Notes under the pieces: generated by a model
The model's input: only the letters and a program-made list of their open reading frames with translations
The model's database searches: none
What the model was told of the DNA's origin: nothing
In this document: piece by piece, positions 54,688-64,000 of the stretch
How the letters are laid out: every line of letters begins with the position of its first letter
How positions within the stretch are numbered: position 1 is the first letter of the stretch
Translations under genes and position numbers: made by a program
DNA from: an uncultured Coriobacteriaceae bacterium
Lineage (GTDB): Bacteria > Actinomycetota > Coriobacteriia > Coriobacteriales > Atopobiaceae
Length of the DNA stretch: 64,000 nt
NCBI GenBank assembly: GCA_902793195.1
Contig: CADBCS010000002.1
Coordinates: 90,041-154,040 of the forward strand
Direction: 5' to 3'

Positions 54688-57600
54688 GTGACTACGCAAA
54701 CGCCTTCCATCACTGCGCACTCGGGCATGCGCGAGCGTGTGAGCTTCTCGAAGATCGCGCCCGCAATGGAGCTGCCCAACCTCATCTCTGTGCAAAAGGA
54801 ATCGTTCGAGCGGTTTATGACCGATGGTCTCGCCGAATCCTTTGCGGAGTTCTCTCCCATCGAGAACTCTGCCGGCACCATGGAGGTGATCTTTGGCGAA
54901 CACCAATTCGGTGACCCCGCGAGGACCATCGCGGAATGCCGCGCCAAGGACATCTCGTATCAGGCTCCTCTGTTCGTGGATGTGCGGTTTGTAAACAAGG
55001 AGACGGGCGAGATCAAGGAGCAGCTCGTGTTTATGGGCGACTTCCCGCTCATGACCTCGCGCGGCACCTTTGTGATCAACGGCACCGAGCGCGTGGTGGT
55101 CTCGCAGCTCGTGCGCTCGCCGGGCGTGTACTTCGACCACGAGGTCGACAACGGCATCGAGGTCCAAAAGGTGCAGTTCATCCCCGCCCGTGGCGCATGG
55201 CTCGAGTTCGCCGTGGACAAGAAGGGCCACCTGGTGGTGCGCATCGACCGTCACCGCTGGCAGAGCGCCACGCTCCTGCTTCGCGCCCTGGGCATTGCCG
55301 AGACCGACGACGACCTGCTCACGCTGCTTGGCGACAGCGACGTGGTGCGCTCCACCATCGAGCGCGACGTTGCCACCACGCGCGAGGAGGCGCTGCTCGA
55401 GATCTACCGTCGCCAGCGTCCCGGCGAGCCTCCCACCGTCGACTCGGCTCGCTCGCTTCTGGAGAGCCTGTACTTCAACAACCAGCGCTACGACCTCGCG
55501 CGCGTGGGCCGCTACAAGATCAACAAGAAGCTCGGCCTCGACGCGGGCGCCGACGAGCGCGTCATCTCGCACGAGGACATCATCTGCGCCCTGCGCTACC
55601 TCCTGCGCCTGCACGAGCTGGCCGAGCGCGGCGAGAAGGACCCCAACCTCTTCTTCGACGACATCGACCACTTTGGCAACCGTCGCGTCCGCACGGTGGG
55701 CGAGCTGGTGCAGAACCAGTTCCGCATTGGCATGAGCCGCATGGAGCGCGTCGTCCGCGAGCGCATGGCCTCCCAGGACGCCGACGACATCACCCCGCAG
55801 TCGCTCATCAACATCCGTCCCATCGTGGCGGCCATCAAGGAGTTCTTCGGCTCCTCTCAGCTCTCGCAGTTCATGGACCAGAACAACCCGTTGTCGGGTC
55901 TCACGCACAAGCGCCGTCTGTCGGCGCTCGGCCCCGGCGGCCTCGCCGGCCACAAGAGCGGGTCGAGCCGCCGCACCAACGTGCCCACGGCAGTGCGCGA
56001 CGTCCACAACTCCCACTACTCGCGCATGTGCCCCATCGAGACGCCCGAGGGTCCCAACATCGGCCTCATCGGCTCGCTGGCGCTCTACAGCCGCGTTAAC
56101 GGCTACGGCTTCATCGAGGCTCCCTACCGCAAGGTCGTGGACGGCCGCGTGACCGACGAGATCGTGTGGATGACGGCAGACGAGGAGGAGCGCCACAACA
56201 TCGCTCCCGCAAACGTGCCCGTCGACCCCAAGACCGGCGAGTTCATCGAGGTGGACAGCAAGGGCAACATCGTGCATCCCGAGCGCATCGTGGCCCGCAC
56301 CACCGACTTCGACGGCTCGTTCGGCGCGCCCGCGCAGGTGCCGGTGGAGGACGTCGACTACATGGACGTCTCGCCGCGCCAGCTGCTCTCGGTGGCCGCA
56401 AACCTCATTCCGTTCCTGGAGCACGATGACGCAAAGCGTACCCTCATGGGCGCCAACATGCAGCGTCAGGCCGTGCCCCTCATCCAGACGCATGCGCCGC
56501 TGGTGGGCACCGGCATGGAGGCTCGTGCGGCCCTCGACTCCGGCGAGCTGGTGTGCGCCGAGCACGACGGCATCGTCGTGGAGGTTGACGCCTCGCACGT
56601 GGTCGTCGCCACCGACAAGGGCCTGGAGTCCTTCGACCTGCCCAAGTACCAGCGCTCCAACCAGAGCACCTGCATCAACCACCGTCCCATCGTGCGCGCC
56701 GGCGACAAGGTCGTCGCCGGCCAGCCGCTTGCCGATGGCACCTCCATCGACCACACCGAGCTCGCGCTCGGCCAGAACCTCACCGTGGCGTACATGCCGT
56801 GGGAGGGCTACAACTACGAGGACGGCATCATCGTCTCCGAGCGCGTGGTGCAGCAGGACCTGCTGACCAGCGTCAACATCTCTCGTCACGAGATCGACGC
56901 CCGCGACACCAAGCTCGGTCCCGAGGAGATCACCCGCGAGATTCCCAACCTGGGCGAGGACATGCTTGCCAACCTGGACGAGGACGGCATCATCCGCATC
57001 GGCGCCGAGGTTGGCCCCGGCGACATCCTGGTGGGCAAGGTCACGCCCAAGGGCGAGACGGCGCTGACCGCCGAGGAGCGCCTGCTGCGCGCAATCTTTG
57101 GCGCAAAGGCCCACGACGTGCGCGACACCTCGCTCAAGATGCCCCACGGCGCCTACGGTCGCGTGGTGGACGTCGTGCGCTTTAGCCGCGAGGCCGGCGA
57201 CGACCTGCCGCCGGGCGTCAACGAGCTCGTCCGCGTGTTCGTGGCGCAGCGCCGCAAGATTCAGCAGGGCGACAAGATCTCGGGTCGCCACGGCAACAAG
57301 GGCGTGGTGTGCCGCATCCTGCCCACCGAGGACATGCCCTACATGGCCGACGGCACCCCTGTGGACGTGCTTCTGGACCCGCTGGGCGTTCCCTCCCGTA
57401 TGAACGTGGGCCAGCTGCTCGAGTGCCACCTTGGCTGGGCCGCCCACAACGGCTGGGACCAGGAGTCTGCCGACTCCAAGCGCTACGTGCCCGGCGACAT
57501 CCTCGTGTCCACGCCCGTCTTCGACGGCGCCAAGGACTACGAGGTGGCCGAGGTCATCCGCCGCGCCAACATCAACCTCATGAACAAGGCCATGATCGAG

Positions 57601-58218
57601 TACGGCGAGCACATGGACGCCGAGTTCGTGCCCCAGCTCAGCGAGTCGGGCAAGATGACGCTCTACGACGGCCGCACGGGTGAGGCCTTCAAGAGTCCCA
57701 TCACCGTGGGCACCTCCTACATCCTCAAGCTCGGCCACATGGTCGACGACAAGATCCACGCACGCTCGACGGGCCCGTACAGCCTGGTCACGCAGCAGCC
57801 GCTTGGCGGCAAGGCGCAGTTCGGTGGCCAGCGCTTCGGCGAGATGGAGGTGTGGGCCCTCTACGCCTACGGTGCCTCCAACGTGCTGCAGGAGATCCTC
57901 ACCGTCAAGTCCGACGACACCAATGGTCGCGTAAAGACCTACGAGGCCATCGTAAAGGGCGAGAACGTCCCGACCCCGGGCATTCCCGAGTCCTTTAAGG
58001 TCCTGGTCAAGGAGATTCGCTCGCTGGCGCTCAACATCGAGTCGCTCACCTACGAGGAGCGCAAGGCCAAGTCCGACCACGTCTCCAAGGACCACAAGGA
58101 GGATGCGGTGGAGAAGTTCACCTCCGTGTCCGGCATGGCCGGCATGCCCGACTTCGACGAGTCGAGCTTTGTTGGCACGAGCGCATTGATCGCTGACGAT
58201 TCCGACGAAAGGGAGTAG
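54688..58218 (+). CDS. rpoB: DNA-directed RNA polymerase subunit beta
   Basis: Canonical RpoB sequence throughout. GTG 54688 is preceded by AAGGAGGA; the ORF-track start 54604 lies in the promoter region. Confidence 0.95.
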   Translation: MTTQTPSITAHSGMRERVSFSKIAPAMELPNLISVQKESFERFMTDGLAESFAEFSPIENSAGTMEVIFGEHQFGDPARTIAECRAKDISYQAPLFVDVRFVNKETGEIKEQLVFMGDFPLMTSRGTFVINGTERVVVSQLVRSPGVYFDHEVDNGIEVQKVQFIPARGAWLEFAVDKKGHLVVRIDRHRWQSATLLLRALGIAETDDDLLTLLGDSDVVRSTIERDVATTREEALLEIYRRQRPGEPPTVDSARSLLESLYFNNQRYDLARVGRYKINKKLGLDAGADERVISHEDIICALRYLLRLHELAERGEKDPNLFFDDIDHFGNRRVRTVGELVQNQFRIGMSRMERVVRERMASQDADDITPQSLINIRPIVAAIKEFFGSSQLSQFMDQNNPLSGLTHKRRLSALGPGGLAGHKSGSSRRTNVPTAVRDVHNSHYSRMCPIETPEGPNIGLIGSLALYSRVNGYGFIEAPYRKVVDGRVTDEIVWMTADEEERHNIAPANVPVDPKTGEFIEVDSKGNIVHPERIVARTTDFDGSFGAPAQVPVEDVDYMDVSPRQLLSVAANLIPFLEHDDAKRTLMGANMQRQAVPLIQTHAPLVGTGMEARAALDSGELVCAEHDGIVVEVDASHVVVATDKGLESFDLPKYQRSNQSTCINHRPIVRAGDKVVAGQPLADGTSIDHTELALGQNLTVAYMPWEGYNYEDGIIVSERVVQQDLLTSVNISRHEIDARDTKLGPEEITREIPNLGEDMLANLDEDGIIRIGAEVGPGDILVGKVTPKGETALTAEERLLRAIFGAKAHDVRDTSLKMPHGAYGRVVDVVRFSREAGDDLPPGVNELVRVFVAQRRKIQQGDKISGRHGNKGVVCRILPTEDMPYMADGTPVDVLLDPLGVPSRMNVGQLLECHLGWAAHNGWDQESADSKRYVPGDILVSTPVFDGAKDYEVAEVIRRANINLMNKAMIEYGEHMDAEFVPQLSESGKMTLYDGRTGEAFKSPITVGTSYILKLGHMVDDKIHARSTGPYSLVTQQPLGGKAQFGGQRFGEMEVWALYAYGASNVLQEILTVKSDDTNGRVKTYEAIVKGENVPTPGIPESFKVLVKEIRSLALNIESLTYEERKAKSDHVSKDHKEDAVEKFTSVSGMAGMPDFDESSFVGTSALIADDSDERE

Positions 58219-58223
58219 CGAAC

Positions 58224-62681
<4,458 letters not shown>

Positions 62682-62713
62682 GCGAGCCGCGCACAAAACC
62701 CAACGGTATACGT

Positions 62714-62744
62714 TACGCCCCCTTGGCACGCGCCAGGGGGGCGT
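62714..62744 (+). terminator. GC-rich hairpin after rpoC (no T-tract)
   Basis: ACGCCCCCTTGG-CACGCGC-CAGGGGGGCGT. Confidence 0.5.
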
Positions 62745-62750
62745 CGACTT

Positions 62751-62806
62751 ACCCATTGGGGACCGTCCCTTCCGGACTAGTCCAGAAGGGGCGATCCCCA
62801 ATGGGT
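62751..62806. repeat. P-family unit plus a degenerate inverted partner
   Basis: ACCCATTGGGGACCGTCCCTTCCGG ... CCAGAAGGGGCGATCCCCAATGGGT. The outer ACCCATTGGGGA / TCCCCAATGGGT are inverted. Confidence 0.75.
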
Positions 62807-62809
62807 GAG

Positions 62810-63547
62810 TTACAGGCCGAGTGCGAGGCGAAGCTGCCAGAGCACGAGCAGATGGACGGGATAGAACGCGTAGCAGGCATACTTGAGCACGGGCCCCTTA
62901 ACAAAGCCCCGCGTGCCGTTGTAGAGGTTGAGGGGGACAAACGCGAGACCCGCGCGCCAGGTCGCCGTGGTAATGCAGCTGCCCAGCGCGGTCTTTGCCA
63001 GAGCGTGATCGCGCAGGAAGTAGAGCATGAGCACCATGGCATAGCCGCGCGGGCCGTAGTCGCAGAGCAGTCCCATGGAGGCGAGTGCCAGCCCCAGTAC
63101 CGCAGCCACGCGCAGCGCGGGCCGATTGCGCAGGTATTCGTAGGCGCACATCCCCAAGTAGCCAAGGAACAGCGTAAAGAAGACGTTTTGGTACGTGGGG
63201 TCAACGGAAAGTGACCGCGAAAGGTCGAAGGGAAGCTCGGAGATGAGCGCGAACAGACCCAGCGAGATGCCGTAGCGCACGCGATTGCGCGTGTATACGA
63301 ATCCCTCGACTATGAGAAAGCAAAAGATGGGGAAGGCGATTCTCCCAAAGGACTCAAACAGAACCGCCCAGCTCACGCTCGTTGAGCCGAGCGTGTAGAG
63401 CGGTTTGGTGAAAGCAGGATACGAAACGAGGATGCGCTTGGTGGTGTGGTCTACGAGCATGGCAAAGAGGGCTAGCATCTTGAGGACGCTGCCGCTGAGG
63501 ATTCTGTAGCGTGGTGGCGCGAGTACGGCTGCGGCTTTGGGCTGCAT
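62810..63547 (-). CDS. TraX-family membrane protein
   Basis: LKMLALFAMLVDH... N-terminus and multi-TM profile are typical of TraX. AGGAGG before ATG 63547. Confidence 0.6.
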   Translation of the reverse strand: MQPKAAAVLAPPRYRILSGSVLKMLALFAMLVDHTTKRILVSYPAFTKPLYTLGSTSVSWAVLFESFGRIAFPIFCFLIVEGFVYTRNRVRYGISLGLFALISELPFDLSRSLSVDPTYQNVFFTLFLGYLGMCAYEYLRNRPALRVAAVLGLALASMGLLCDYGPRGYAMVLMLYFLRDHALAKTALGSCITTATWRAGLAFVPLNLYNGTRGFVKGPVLKYACYAFYPVHLLVLWQLRLALGL

Positions 63548-63724
63548 GACTTGCCTCCTGGGTGTCGAGCGGCTGCGCACGCGGAGCATGTGTGGGCTGT
63601 GCGCAGCAACAAGTATAGCTTGCATCCGTCACCAAACATGGACCAAGGGTCCAGGTCTGGGTGCTACGGCCGGGATGCTTCTCCACAGCGGATGATTGCA
63701 GACCGTCTAGGGGCGGTGCGGGTG

Positions 63725-63889
63725 GCATGTACGATATCCGGCCAAATCGAGTCCCTGCCGCGTACGATCTTGTCCCGTCGGAGGGCACCGCGCGCGATTT
63801 CTGGTCGATTTGGATCCCTACCGCGTACGATTTTGACCGAGAATCGTGCGCGGTAGGAACCGTTTTTGTCACCAAATCGTGCGCGGCAG
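63725..63889. repeat. M-family GC-rich mosaic repeat cluster
   Basis: CCCTGCCGCGTACGAT, CCCTACCGCGTACGATTTTGACCGAGAATCGTGCGCGGTAGGAACCGTTTTTGTCACCAAATCGTGCGCGG. Confidence 0.8.
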
Positions 63890-63932
63890 ACGCATGGCAA
63901 CCGACGCAATTCCCATACTCAGGTCGTGACTT

Positions 63933-63966
63933 TTCCACAAAGGATTGCTTGCATTCCCTTGTGGAA
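63933..63966. repeat. isolated 11-bp-arm palindrome near the right window edge
   Basis: TTCCACAAAGG-12 nt-CCCTTGTGGAA (10 of 11 pair). Function unknown; the downstream gene lies outside the window. Confidence 0.5.
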
Positions 63967-64000
63967 GTAGTAAACTAAGTTTGAACACATGAGCAGGTAT

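Overview
GC-rich bacterial chromosomal window (about 60-65% GC by eye). Its backbone is a conserved Gram-positive housekeeping supercluster, all on the plus strand: murT-gatD, tatA, greA, lysS, clpC, disA, ispD, ispF, cysS, rlmB, yacP, a tRNA-Tyr/Thr/Met-tuf operon, rpmG, tRNA-Trp, secE, nusG, rplK, rplA, rplJ, rplL, rpoB, rpoC. High GC, MurT/GatD and Tat-lipoproteins combined with a Bacillus-like gene order suggest an Actinomycetota genome, probably Coriobacteriia-like; this is inference, not a database result. Accessory blocks interrupt the backbone: a nuclease/Schlafen-like cluster at the left edge; manA plus an RmlD-like gene; a zinc-ribbon membrane protein between ispD and ispF; a brnTA toxin-antitoxin cassette between ispF and cysS; a 19-kb block after yacP; and a 6.7-kb block between rplL and rpoB. 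The 19-kb block holds tRNA-Thr, hipBA, decayed abiE, an AKR, a VanY-like peptidase, GH13, chrA x2, a GGDEF protein, MscS, a PTP and a PASTA protein. The 6.7-kb block holds PPK2, a secreted repeat protein, an acyltransferase and a HAD lipoprotein. The most unusual signal is non-coding: three interspersed intergenic repeat families. P is a set of REP/BIME-like palindromes on a GGGAC[C/G]GTCCC core, at least 21 units at 12 loci. M is a set of GC-rich mosaic clusters with 63-64 bp periodicity built from the word ACCGCG[CT]ACGAT, at 6 loci, two of which bracket a nuclease-domain gene. N is two tandem AT-richer nested palindromes upstream of a secreted-protein gene. Two protein-level oddities stand out: an HD-hydrolase domain fused to LysRS, and an alpha-CTD-like helix-hairpin-helix domain at the C-terminus of RpoC. 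No CRISPR array, rRNA, transposase or integrase gene was seen. Start codons were chosen by eye from RBS and homology logic, and all family assignments rest on recognised motifs, not searches.
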